A stretch of 63,249 nt of DNA, counting the filler, from Kipferlia bialata (Eukaryota): NCBI GenBank assembly GCA_003568945.1. It is 5 parts of 4 records of this genome, joined end to end, with 100 filler letters (N's around TTAATTAATTAA, not from the genome) between each part and the next. Parts side by side here need not be neighbours in the genome. Positions count along the whole stretch, not along the records: positions 20,528 to 37,206 come from BDIP01000039.1; positions 37,307 to 45,170 come from BDIP01000041.1; 3 more parts are not named here. One strand, given 5' to 3'. Shown piece after piece: positions 27,838-39,566 of this stretch. Every line of letters begins with the position of its first letter. The first letter of the stretch is position 1. The position numbers and the translations under genes were made by a program. The notes under the pieces were generated by a model. That model made no database searches and was not told the DNA's origin. It saw only the letters and a program-made list of their open reading frames with translations.

Positions 27838-29136
27838 TAACCTCAGGGGTGTGCAGTCCCTCCCCTCCATGACAGCTATCTGTATACTCTCTCTTTCTCT
27901 CTCTCTCTCTCTCTTCGTATATATATGTATTCTTATATATACACATTTACACCCAGGGGTGTCCAGTCCCTCCCCTCCATGACTGGCGAGGACGAGACAG
28001 TCGGGTTCCTGGCAAGGTGTGTATCAGTATATAGGGTTATTAGTATATATATATGTACTAGCACTATTTGCATATGGTAGGCTCCGACCCAGTCGGCAGA
28101 CTCAATCCATAGATATGGATAAATTCATATACATACGAACAAGTACTAATTACAGGGTCCCCATCTCCGACCCAGCTGGCAGACTCATCATTTACATATA
28201 TATCAATATATTCATGTGAGTATATATACACATATGTAGGTTACCTTCTATTCTCACCCCTAGGGTCCCCATCTCCGACCCAGCGGGCAAGCTGAGGGCA
28301 GAGAGGATCACAAAGCCAGACTTCCCACGCCTACCTGGTATGTATTACATATATATAATGGTAGTATTGTATAAATATTATATTCATTATAATAGTGTAT
28401 ATGAGTGTCAGTATTCACTAGGCCAGACTTCCCACGCCTTCCTGGTACGGTATTGTATATATAATGATAGAGCTACTTATATTTGTTTACAATATTTTAG
28501 AGCAAGTGTCAGTTGATCAAGCCAGATTTCTCACGCCTGCCTGGTATGTATTGCATAAACATATATATATGAATATACATTAATTCTAAGTGACCTTTTC
28601 AATGAGTATTTGAATGGATTACATTTTGATATGTATGTATTTTTATCCCCTTCTTAACAGCAGTCTATGACGTTGTGAGTGACTCCGTCACCAACTATAT
28701 ATATATATATTTATATGTATGTATACTTGTCTGCATATCTCCCTCATATGTTTAACTATATATCCCCCTTCTAACCCCCAGTCTATGACGTTGTGAGTGA
28801 CTCAGTCACCAACAATATTAGTATATATATATATATATATTAATTATATACATAATATATATACATTACTAAAATCTCTCTCTTTTACCCCCAGTCTATG
28901 ACGTTGTGAGTGACTCAGTCACCAACCATATTCATATATATATATATATATATATACTATATATATATTATACCTACGTAGTAATAACTCCATATATATA
29001 TATATATATATATCTTAACCCCAGTATATGACGTTGTGAGTGACTCAGTCACCAACCCCAGAGGCGGGGCCCAGATATCGGCGGTATGGCTCTTTCTCTC
29101 TCTCTCTCTCTCTCTCCCTCTCTCTCTCTCTCTCTC

Positions 29137-29171
<35 letters not shown>

Positions 29172-29208
29172 TCACATATACAACCCCAGATATCGGCGGT
29201 ATGTATAT

Positions 29209-29245
<37 letters not shown>

Positions 29246-32200
29246 CTTCTGTATATAACCCCCAGCACAACCCTGTGAACCTGAGTATATATGTGTATAT
29301 GTCAATTAATATGTCTATCCATAATACCCCTCACCTCAGCACAACCCTGTGAACCCACTTCCCCCCACGGCTCCTGCCGCACTCAAGGCACTCTATGGCC
29401 TTCTTCCAGGTATATATATATATATTCATATGTATATATATATTCATATGTATATGTGAAACATAGCTTATATATGCATATACCCCACTGCACCTGCCGC
29501 ACTCAAGGCATTGTATGGTCTCCTGCCAGGTATTCTTTGATGTATGTGGATATATATTTTGACTCCTTTGACCTCTTCTGACAGATATCGTATGTATAAT
29601 TCATGTATGTGTAATGGGTACATGTCTGTATTAGATCAATATCTGTAAATACTTGTCGCGTGCGTGTATTGATTGTGTATGATATACATATATTGCTCTA
29701 TCTCACTTCCAGTCCACATGTCTGCTGTTCTCCCCCCCCTTGTGACAGACGTCATATCTATGTATTTATTCATATACATTTAGTAGAACAATAGTATTGT
29801 ATTGATAGTGTGGTCATACCTTACTCCAGTCCACATGTCTGCTGTCCTCCCCCCCCTTGTGACAGACGTCATAGTGGGTGCAAACAAGTGGAAGCCAGGT
29901 ATTGGATACAATTATGTGTGTAAATATGTGTGGATTCCTGTCTTGATTGTACATCTTGCATTTTGATTCAGTGAGACAAGTCCAAGTCTGATTTATAATT
30001 CCATGTCTTCATTGTCTGTCTCACCCCCCAGCCAGACGCGACCCAGATGGCCACCCGTACCTACCCACAAGGGCAGTCGGTACGTATCATATGTATACAG
30101 TGTGGATATATANNNNNNNNNNNNNNNNNNNNNNNNACGTATCATATGTATACAGTGTGGATATATATATGAATATATATGTATATGCATTTACTATGTG
30201 TCATATAGTATACCTACCCATAAGGGCTGTCGGTACGTATGCCTCTACTTATGTTCAAGTTTGGGCAAGACGAAGGCTGGGGAGAGTCACATTCCTATCT
30301 AGCAATTTATACGCGTAGACAGATAGATTGTTATACATATGTATACATATGCCCTCACTCCAGTGGCCACTGCCAATTGGTTGGGTGAGAAGGGATAGTC
30401 CCTTCCTATATATATGTATACATTTGTCCATTATTATTACTAAACCCTCTCTCCATATATATTTACTCTCTCTGACCCCAGTGACCACTGCCTACTCCCT
30501 GGGTGAGAAGGCGAGAGAGAGAGAGAGAGAGGAGGCAGAGAGGGAGAGAGAGAGAATCGAGGCCAACCGCAGACAGGCAGAGAGAGAGGTACATGCACAT
30601 GTATATGAATACCTGACATGCATATGAAATATATATATTTTTATATATATACTCGTACTATTGTGGATGTACTTGTAAACAAACACTAATTGTAGGGCAT
30701 CGACGCTCGCCGTGCCGAGAGAGAGAGACAGCTGGCCAAGGAGGAGGAGAAGGAGAGAGAGAGAGACAGGGAGAGAGAGAGGGCCAAGAAGGCAGTGGAC
30801 CCCAGGGCTAGGTACATGATTCTCTTCTGTTTCTAGTTATGGGTGTAGTTGTATAGTATATAGATATTTGAATATTTGTATTACTAGTTGTATGTATATG
30901 TATGTGTATGTATATACTGATGCCCAGGCCCGTTGACCCAAGGGCACAGGACCCTAGAGCCATGGATCCTAGAGCTATAGACCCCAGGTGATAACTGCAT
31001 CATATATGTTATAATATGTGTAATAAGTAAGGTATACGTAATGTTCTCTCTTTATATGCATTATCATTATATACCCATCATGTATGTATACTGACCGTCA
31101 GACAGGCCTCCATCGATCCCAGACAGGCAGCCGACCCTAGGTATGTGTACTTGTAGTACTTGGAATATTATATGTTTGATGTATGCAACCAAGTATATAC
31201 AGTCCATAATTAGAATAATCATTAGAGTTCATTCTATAAATTAATTTATATATATATATATTGTACACTGTGTATCTGCACTCACCGCCAGACAGGCAGC
31301 TGACCCCAGGGCCCAGGATCCAAGGTCCATCGACCCCAGGTATAGACAGACGTAAGGCCATGCATTATGTGGATATATGTATTCAAATATATATATATAT
31401 ATATATATATGTGTATATAGTTAATCACTCACCCGTCAGGCAGGCAGCCATGGACCCCAGGCAGGCTGCTGATCCCAGGTACATATATAACATACATACA
31501 TACATACATATATGTATGTATTCAGGCATGCTGCTGAACCCAGAGGAGTGGACCCCATGTATTCATATGTATACATATATATTCATAGTATGTATATGTA
31601 TACATCCTATTCTATCTTATATAGGTATATACACTCACCCTCAGACATGCTGCTGACCCCAGAGCAGTGGACCCTAGATCCATTGATCCCAGGTACGATA
31701 TACAAGAGATATACATGTGCTTATAAAAAATATATTGTGCCTCACTTTGAGTTATGGTGTCTCGCTATATACTTGCCCATTTAATGGCACGCTATATTTG
31801 TAGTATGTAAATATATACATCAATACATATACCTCACGTCAGGCAAGCCGGTTCCGCTGACCCCCGTGATCCAAGGTACGCTACCCTCTGTGTATATTAT
31901 GTATATATATATCTGTGTATATATGTATATATAGGTATTCATGTCGTGATCCAAGGTATGGCACACTGTCAACTCTGTAGATGATGTGTATACAATTATT
32001 TGTGTACTAGTACACTCTGTGAAGATATTTGTGAAAATGTGTGTATATTGATACTGGTGGTATATATGCTAGTACTGGTATATATGAGTGTGTATGTATC
32101 TCATATCCCTAGGATGCAGGCTGCCGACCCCCGTGACCCCAGACAGGCAATGGACCCAAGGTATGGGTATATATATATATATAAGTATATATACATTTAC

Positions 32201-32566
32201 ATTTATATATATATATATATATGTTACATATATATATATATATGTAGGAATTAGTACATGTGTATTATATCCCCAGACAGGCCATGGACCCAAGGTATAT
32301 ACATATATATATACATATATACTTTTATATTTATATATATATAGGAATTAGTGCTTGTGTATTATGACTCCGTGACCCCAGACAGGCAATGGACCCCAGG
32401 TGCCTATTATAGTTATATCAACAACAATATGAATATATATTTGTTCCTATGTCAGTAAGTACTGCTGCCTCTGGGAGACTTTGCACTTCCTACGATCTGT
32501 GTTTGTCTATTATATATTGTAATTAGCTATCTCTGGCTCACTTCCAGGGCCAAGCGCCGCCCATAA
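23076..32566 (+). CDS. CSTF3: Cleavage stimulation factor 77 kDa / Rna14 / Suppressor-of-forked HAT protein, 3' part, with coiled coil and DPR-repeat tail
   Basis: Spliced: VQMALWKDVIDFERLLGDSMQLDAGLAANRLLFVYEQALLHLRHWPDLWIEAAEVM...GLLQRGILACPKCALLHVCLADRYEE...AVYRRAL...ALFSEYMKYVSRTRSVADALSAFELA...LYAIVARLEYH...NRFESGIRANPTNAELLAEYVRFLSEMGDE. This follows the CstF-77 HAT motifs as I recall them (WKxYIxWE, FAYEQCLL, HxPDIWYEAA, YMKFxRR, FExGL, YIDYL). Ends AKRRP* at 32564-32566. N-terminal HATs are absent. Confidence 0.85.
24958..25120 (+). repeat. Intronic echoes (acceptor + 5' exon half) of exon 25156-25235
   Basis: Two copies of SEYMKYVSRTRSVA, each behind its own branch/AG. Representative of dozens of such echoes. 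Confidence 0.95.
30113..30136. other. Short scaffold gap with overlapping flanks
   Basis: 24 N; ACGTATCATATGTATACAGTGTGGATATATA occurs on both sides, i.e. an unmerged overlap. Confidence 0.9.
30795..32160 (+). repeat. Coding DPR repeat array (about 20 xxDPR units) spread over short phase-2 exons
   Basis: AVDPR, PVDPR, AQDPR, AMDPR, AIDPR, SIDPR, AADPR ... QAMDPR. Confidence 0.85.
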
Positions 32567-32730
32567 GTGCCAGGGTCACCGACATAATAATAGATTGAGC
32601 CGATGTTGTCTATTTACAGTAATTGTTCCATTAGGTCTCGAACAGCACGTTGACTTGTTACGTTAGCAGCAGAGCGATGTGCAATAGTAACACGATTCTT
32701 CCAGAGCATGTATATCAAAGAAAACATAAG

Positions 32731-33421
32731 TCAGCATCTATATGTCTCACTGGCGTTGATACGAGCTGAGAGCCTACGCATAGGCGGATCAGAGACCAAT
32801 CCTCTGACAGGTGCAGTGCACTCTGGAGGGGAGAGAGGTCTAGTGTTGGCACGGTGCATGCATATATCGTCCCACCTCTCTCCCTCCCACCGCAGCATAG
32901 CGTCCACCTGGCGCTTCCTGAAGGCATTGACCCTTGACATCAGCCTCTCTGACTGGACGGGGTCTCTGACAAAGAGACGCAGCCTGTCGATCTTGGCCTT
33001 GGGAACCTGGAGGGTAAGACCATATTTATGAGGAAGCACTGCACTTGTCAATAACGGATACAAAGTAGGTGAGAGAGAGAGAGAGAGAGGGAGAGAGAGA
33101 CACACCTCTTTCACACCACGGAGGTAGCGATCATAGTTACAGGTGTCTGGGATGTACTCGCCTAAAGGTGAATATGGGAGAGAGAGAGAGAGAGAGAGAG
33201 GGATGTACTCGCCTGAAGGTGGGATATGGGAGAGAGAGAGAGAGAGAGATGGTTACATAATTGAGAGATGTCGGTGATGCACTCGCCTAGGTCAGATAGA
33301 AGGGGAGGGGGAGGAAGGGGGTAGAATACAAAGATGATGTAGTGTAATGTATGTATGTAGATAGTAGATAGAGGATTATGATACACGGAGAGTACCTGGT
33401 GCACGGCCCCTCCAGAGAGAA

Positions 33422-33455
<34 letters not shown>

Positions 33456-35887
33456 AGAATTTGATGAGAGCATGATACGCAGTGCCAGTAGTGTGTACCT
33501 GGTGCCCGGCCTCTCCTGCGTCCCTGCCCTGCCACTCTCTTGTACCTGGTATCAGTAGCAGTAGCAGCATATATATATATATCAGTATAGGAAATATAGG
33601 ATACTGATAATCTGCCCTGCCACTCTCTTGTACCTGGTATCAGCATATATATATCAGTATCAGTATATAGGATATATATAGGATATATATCAGTATATAT
33701 AGGGATACTGATACTCTGCCCTGCCACTCTCTTGTACCTAGTAGCAGTATATATGTATGTATGTATCAGTAGCAGTATATATTGGATACTGATACTGGTA
33801 CCTCTCTAACAACATGATACTGAGCCTGACAAGTTCCGTCTGACTCCGCTTCTGCTCCGCCTCTCTCTTCACCCTCCACTCTCTCTCCCACTTCTCCAGT
33901 CCGCCACCCTTTCGGACAGCAGCAATCAACCTGGCAATCAACATAACATATCAAGAGATGAGTGAGAGAGAGTATATTACAGTATACATATTTAGCAGCA
34001 ATCAACCTAGCAATCAATAGAGACCAGGGGAATCCCCTGTGGGGATGAAAAATAATGAGTATACAATTAATGAAGAACACTCATCCTACCTCGCCATAAC
34101 AACAATACCAGGGGAGGGCCCCTGGGCCCCATCAGTAACTACGGGGACCAATGCACGGCCTACAGTCCTCTCCTGGGACTCAAGCACCTTCGACCCAAGC
34201 CGGCCTAGGTCCCCAACAAGCCCCTGCAGAATCAGTATGAGTTAATACTATGGTCTATAGATACACACAGAGTATAGTCTCTAGATATATATATGTATCT
34301 ATAGTCTATGGATACATATATACTATAGATACAGGTTCAGACATTAGTACAGGTACTGGCCCAGTATCAGTATCAGTATATATACAAGTACTGATAATGA
34401 TGCCTATGATACTTATACGCATACATATACTGATGCTATTATACCTTCAATTGTATCAGACGGTCACAGTAGTCTGTACATTGCGAAGTGTTACTGCCAA
34501 AGGGAAACACTAGCCGCGCCATCTGGTATTAGTGTCAGTATCGCTTCATTGTTTCATGATTGAAACTATCTTATCGAAAGGACACTTCGTGAATGACTAG
34601 TACTAATATAATACCTGGTCCATCTCGAATGCATGCAGAGGCTGATCTAGGGCACTCCCTCCTGTACCCTTATTGCACAACCAGCGATACCCAACCACGC
34701 TGTCTGCCAGCCATGTGAATCCAATAAGATCCCCAGTAGGATCCCTATAGATATGTTCCCCGCCAGAGGCCGCTGATAGCATCTCGTCAACCAGTCTGAT
34801 GTGAGAAGAATCTTCTCAGAAGATACTATCTTCAAGATAGTGATAAAGAGAATACAGAGATACACAGAATCTGTGACAGATACAAATATGGACATAGATA
34901 ACGGGAGAGAGGGCGGTTGGCAGGAACGGTGTGATAGAGAGAACACAACACACACAAATATATATGTATGCATATGTATAACAATAGACAGGAGACAGGC
35001 GATTGACACCTCACAGGAGTATATACTATATAGTATGTAACCATGCTCTATACACTCATTCACTATATATAGTGTATATATAGTATAGATACCTCCTAAT
35101 TTGTTGTTATAAACTAGTTATAAATTCTAACTACTATACCTCATTAACACCAAACTGGCAGTCGCGTATGTACATCTGAACTGGCCCATATGTCTCTCTC
35201 TCTCTCTCTGCAACTTATTCTCCTGCTGCCGGCCACCCTCCTTCTTTCTCTCTCTCCTCTTCCTATCCCTCGCTCTCGCCTCTCTGTCACCATGCCTATC
35301 GTGCATACGGCGCTTGGCAGGTGTGGTACGGTCCTTGTGACTGCAGCTGTTCTCGCCGGAGGCCTCTGTCACCCCTGGAGACACAGACCCACCAGGGCCT
35401 CGCTTCTGTGACAAGTGCACCCTATGGACACTGAGTGAGTGATACAAGGGAAGATATGTTTGTGTAATTACTGTCCTTTCCGAATTAGAATATTGAGTAT
35501 ATATAGAGTCAGCAATCGGCTGCGTACATCGAGAGAGTGCTGTAGTCATACACAAGAAGATTACAAGTGGGAGCGCTGTCATAGGGAATCTCTGTCAGAC
35601 AGATACTCTATATGTACTGTTCAGGATATATTTAGCATATACATACTACGTACTGGTCAAGGATAGGCTGGCGCAGGTGTATGATCCGCGGGTTGCCAGC
35701 TACCAGCCTGGGGTCAATGCATGTACCCCAACCCGCCCACAACTATATCCCCACTGTTCCCCTTCAAGCCTATCTCCTCACAAACCACTCAGGTCCACAC
35801 AGCAATAATGAAGTGCTCTAGCAAGAAATATATCCCCCACCTGTACACCTGAAGGCACCGAGTATCAGGCTCTAACCGAGTGGTCAT
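32731..35887 (-). CDS. Multi-exon hypothetical protein
   Basis: Candidate ATG 35887 (MTTRLEPDTRCLQVYR). Exons include RLVDEMLSAASGGEHIYRDPTGDLIGFTWL..., MARLVFPFGSNTSQCTDYCDRLIQLK, GLVGDLGRLGSKVLESQE..., LIAAVRKGGGLEKWEREW..., GEYIPDTCNYDRYLRGVKE, VPKAKIDRLRLF...ETYRC*. No recognised family. Confidence 0.6.
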
Positions 35888-35970
35888 CCAGCCGATATTA
35901 CAGGAAGCCAAGAATGGAATGAGAATAGAATAGCATTGGTCAGGATAGCAATGGCTGGCAAATCGGTCAT

Positions 35971-36020
35971 TTTCGCAAAGTAGATTTCGAAAAGTAGAGT
36001 TCGAAAAGTAGTTTTCGAAA
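35971..36020. promoter_or_regulatory. 14-bp tandem repeat (TTTCGAAAAGTAGA x about 3.5) in a divergent promoter
   Basis: tttcgcaaagtaga tttcgaaaagtaga gttcgaaaagtagt tttcgaaa between head-to-head ATGs at 35887 (-) and 36361 (+). The repeat is seen directly; a regulatory role is inferred. Confidence 0.4.
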
Positions 36021-36360
36021 TTCCCACCGGTGCACCCTCACCCACATTTTTGTGTGCAACATGAAGCACGTTCCTCAGTGACGTCGGGGGTCTGGGGTCT
36101 GTTCAATCCAACAATGGGCGGGCAGATTTGCCGACCACTGGTGGTCGGATATTATGAGTAGATTGTAGCTCATTCACGGCTGTAACTGGCTTTCTTCTGT
36201 GTTTGCCGCTGTTTGGAGAAGGATATGAGTATGGGAGACAGATTAGCCGGTGATACCGCAACAGGGTACGTGTATGCACTTCTGATACTCTTTTGGGTCG
36301 TGTTGTGGTCTTCTGCTGACTCATTTTCTTCTCTAGTCGAAGTATACTTATCCCAGGAAC

Positions 36361-37121
36361 ATGATGACAAGTTCCGGCATCTCTGAGTCTTCATCGTCGT
36401 CTCTCACGAGTGAGGTACACACACTGAGGCTTGTCTCTGCACCTAGATATATATTATGTTTCAATGTCATCTCAATCTAATCCTACATAATATTCCAGGT
36501 CACTGTCCTCTCCAGTGTGAGGCCCCACAATGCCAACGCCGATGTCCCCGTTGTGCTCGTTGAGGCCGATCCCGCCGTCAACCAGGGTGGGGACGATGGC
36601 CCCCAGGAGGCCGACCCCGCTGTCAAGCTGGGGGAGTCCGCCAGGGAGGAGGGCAGCTCAGGCTCGCTTTACCTGCATTCATCTGGGAACACGGAAGAGG
36701 TAAGCTATGAGCTAGGTTGAGTTTGACATTGTGCCTATCTGTTTGTGAGACCGAAGGTGTGATATCATATTTTATATATATATATATATTAATCACCTAT
36801 ACTTATCTACCTCGATCTGTGTTGACACTGACCCAGCACAGCTCCCTCGGCCACAGGAGGGTAGTTGAGGAGGTGGCTGCGAAGCGTGAGGCTGAGGGGG
36901 CACGTTTTCAGGTAGGATACAGCGTCAATGTCTTCCTATTACCCCCCCCCCCCTCCCCTTATACATTTGTGCAGGGACTGGAAGCTCTCTGTTTCTGCCA
37001 CTAACGGCCAGGCCCAAATGCGGGAGAGATACTGTGGTGTGCACCCTCCCCCTGTGGCCCAGGTGCCTGCCCGTGGCTCTCTGGAGTCTCGCAACACGAC
37101 CGCTAATGCAGCCAGGTTCAG
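36361..37121 (+). CDS. 5' part of a hypothetical protein gene (truncated by linker)
   Basis: Four exons: MMTSSGISESSSSSLTSE|VTVLSSVRPHNANADVPVVLVEAD...NTEE|HSSLGHRRVVEEVAAKREAEGARFQ|AQMRERYCG...AARFR. Confidence 0.6.
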
Positions 37122-37136
37122 GTATGACGTGTGCAT

Positions 37137-37206
<70 letters not shown>

Positions 37207-37306
37207 NNNNNNNNNNNNNNNNNNNNNNNNNNNNNNNNNNNNNNNNNNNNTTAATTAATTAANNNNNNNNNNNNNNNNNNNNNNNNNNNNNNNNNNNNNN
37301 NNNNNN
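37207..37306. other. Artificial assembly linker
   Basis: 44 N + TTAATTAATTAA + 44 N. Confidence 0.97.
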
Positions 37307-37309
37307 GGT

Positions 37310-37352
<43 letters not shown>

Positions 37353-37370
37353 TCTCTCTCTTACCGTTAG

Positions 37371-38962
37371 GCCAACATGGGTATGGGCGAGGAGGAGCTC
37401 GATATCTCGGATGACAGGTGGGTTCCGTAGTTGGAGTAGCGAGTCTCTGCCGTTGTTGCTTGTTTCATTGAATACCCCTCTCTCCCCCTACCCCCAGTGA
37501 CGGTGAGGCTGCCAGACTGAGGAAGAAGGTGACCAGGCAGGACAAGCTGTCGAGGAGGGGGAAGGCACCCACAGAGCCCACAGGTACACTCATGAGTGGA
37601 CTTGTCACCGATCGTGTTACACTCTACCCTCTGCATAGTCTAACCCCACAGCCAACAGGAAGGAGATCCTCTGTAACGGCCTGGTGTTTGCACCAGATGG
37701 CGGATGTGTGTACGCAGCCACACCTGAGGGTATGTTGACCTCTCAGTCCCTCTCTCTCACCTACCCTCTTTCCTCACTCTCAGGTGTCTCTGTGTTCTCT
37801 CTTGCTGGTGCTGATGCCGGTGGGTTTGACGCCACAGACCTGGAGCCCAGCATCACAGTACAGCGGTACGGAGGATACTCTCCCTCTCTCTCTCCCTCTC
37901 TCCACCCCCTGACCCCCAGTGTTGTTGAGCTGTCTGGTGAGGGCAGGCACTCCATGGCCCTAGCTATGTCCCTCAGACTAGGCAGTGTGCCCATGTGGGT
38001 GCAGTGCCTCGAGAGGGTGAGTGTGTGACTGTATTCGATGGACTCACTGTAGTCGCCCTCTTCTACTCTCTCCCCCCCTCACCCCCCAGGTCCCTCTCTG
38101 TGACCTTGAGTCTGTGATGACTGGTGTGCATGAGAGATACATCGGGCAGACACTCACTCTCCTGGCAGACTACGTCCAGGTACCCTCGTTCTCTCTCTCA
38201 ATAGTGTTTTCATTGATCTTCGTGGACTCCTCCCATAGTGCCACTCTTATTGTGTCTCTCTCTTCATAGATGAGAGATGGACTACCCCCACCCCCCTCTC
38301 CTCTCACTCTCAGACCACCTCCAGTGTCCAGTTTGCCCTGTCTGCCGCCAAGTGTCTGGTGGAGGACAACAGGTGCTCTATCATATATCTCTATCAGTAC
38401 TCAGTATGAGTGGCACATGCCATTACTCAGTACTCACCATCTCTCTCTCTCTCTGACCGTCAGGGAGTACATCAACAACAACCTGCGTGACCTCTCTGCC
38501 CCTCTGCTCCACCTCCAGAGGGCCATCAAGGGAAGGTGGGGGATACTCTTTATGTGTGAATCTGGTATATTCAAGCAACTTGTATACCCCTCTCTCACCC
38601 CAGGACCACCACCCTGGACGCCGTGTCCAGAAGGGCCCAGGAGCTGAGTACAGCTGTGGCCTGTGTGGCAGTGACTGCAAAGAAGGACAGGTCTAAGGAG
38701 ATTGAGGTGGGTTAGAGTGACTGTAATAGTATATGCACACTCCTCGTGTGTCTTCACTCTGACCCCAGATCATCCGTGAGAGGCAGCGTGAGGCCGAGGT
38801 GCTAGAGATCCAGGTAGGACTATATGTATCTGCATATCTTTGTGTATATATGTGTCTATCTTCACTCCTCTCTCTCTCTCTGACCTCTAGGCCAAGGTCA
38901 AGCAGCAGGAGGCAGAGGAGGAGGAGAGGTTCAGGACAGAGAGGAAGAGAACATACCGGTAG
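37371..38962 (+). CDS. PWP2: Periodic tryptophan protein 2 (Utp1), 3' part: last WD blade + Utp12-type helical domain
   Basis: Spliced: ...DISDDSDGE...RKEILCNGLVFAPDGGCVYAATPEGVSVFSLAG..GFDATDLEPSITVQRV..ALAMSLRLG..CLERVPLCDLESV..RYIGQTLTLLADYVQ..VQFAL..LLHLQRAI...RKRTYR*. Fits the PWP2 pattern FSPxGxxFAAAxTEGLLIYS / FDPxDLD / ALxMAxRL. Confidence 0.82.
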
Positions 38963-39319
38963 ACTTGGAGAGAGAGACTGGGGATACCGGCCTCATATAT
39001 ATGCATTTATAGACAATAGCGTCATCGTCATGATAAAATAGGGAAGAGCCAGCAGTTTTCTGAATGGTGTTATAGAGGGAGTGTATATATTTAGTTGGGT
39101 ACTTTGGGCATAGTTCTGAGTAATCAGTGAGAAGTGTCTGATGAGACACTGTCAACATTTGACTGATCAGATCAGTCTGATCTCCGAATCGGAGCTCTCC
39201 TTCCTCTCCTTCGTCTCCAACCTACTCCCAGCTGTTCTGCACTTTCCCTTCTTACAGTATTTCCGCTGCTTCCCCTTAAGGGGGTCCTTGCAGATGCAAC
39301 AGCGTCTAATGGGGTCCAT
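38931..39319 (-). pseudogene. Small intronless C4 zinc-finger-like ORF interrupted by a 14-nt hairpin footprint
   Basis: MDPIRRCCICKDPLKGKQRKYCKKGKCRTAG... stops at 39167. Deleting 14 nt of the footprint at 39162-39183 fuses it in frame to ORF 38931-39158 (EISQMLTVSHQ...). Confidence 0.45.
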
Positions 39320-39467
39320 GTTAAAGAGACATACAGCTACGACCATTTCCACTTGACGTGACCATGATACTATCTATTGACAAACACTGTAGGCATCTCC
39401 TCCGGAGTGGACAGTTAAATGCTAAAAACCATAGAGACACAATTTACTTGGTATAGTGGAGTTTAAA

Positions 39468-39503
39468 TGCAGGGGAGTCTCCGATTGCAGGGGAGTCTCC
39501 GAT
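39468..39503. promoter_or_regulatory. 18-bp perfect tandem repeat TGCAGGGGAGTCTCCGAT x2 upstream of the PIN nuclease ATG
   Basis: Each unit holds the dyad GGAG-T-CTCC; lies between divergent ATGs at 39319 (-) and 39567 (+). Function inferred. Confidence 0.35.
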
Positions 39504-39566
39504 TCTCAGATAGACCGTGACACGATGATTGGCTATATCCACTCTTCTAGCACTCATACTGTAACA

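Noticed and set aside
28664..29060. CRISPR-like repeat-spacer array (about 33-nt repeats, also 14300-14650 and 27613-27985)
   Set aside because: The repeats are coding exon starts with splice sites, the spacers are AT microsatellite intron DNA, there are no cas genes, and the context is eukaryotic.
20625..32566. Single fusion gene of an unknown domain with CstF-77
   Set aside because: Exon phase mismatch at the poly-C run; more likely a mis-join.
36361..38962. One PWP2 gene spanning the linker
   Set aside because: The 5' piece has no WD40 or PWP2 N-terminal similarity and is separated by an artificial linker.
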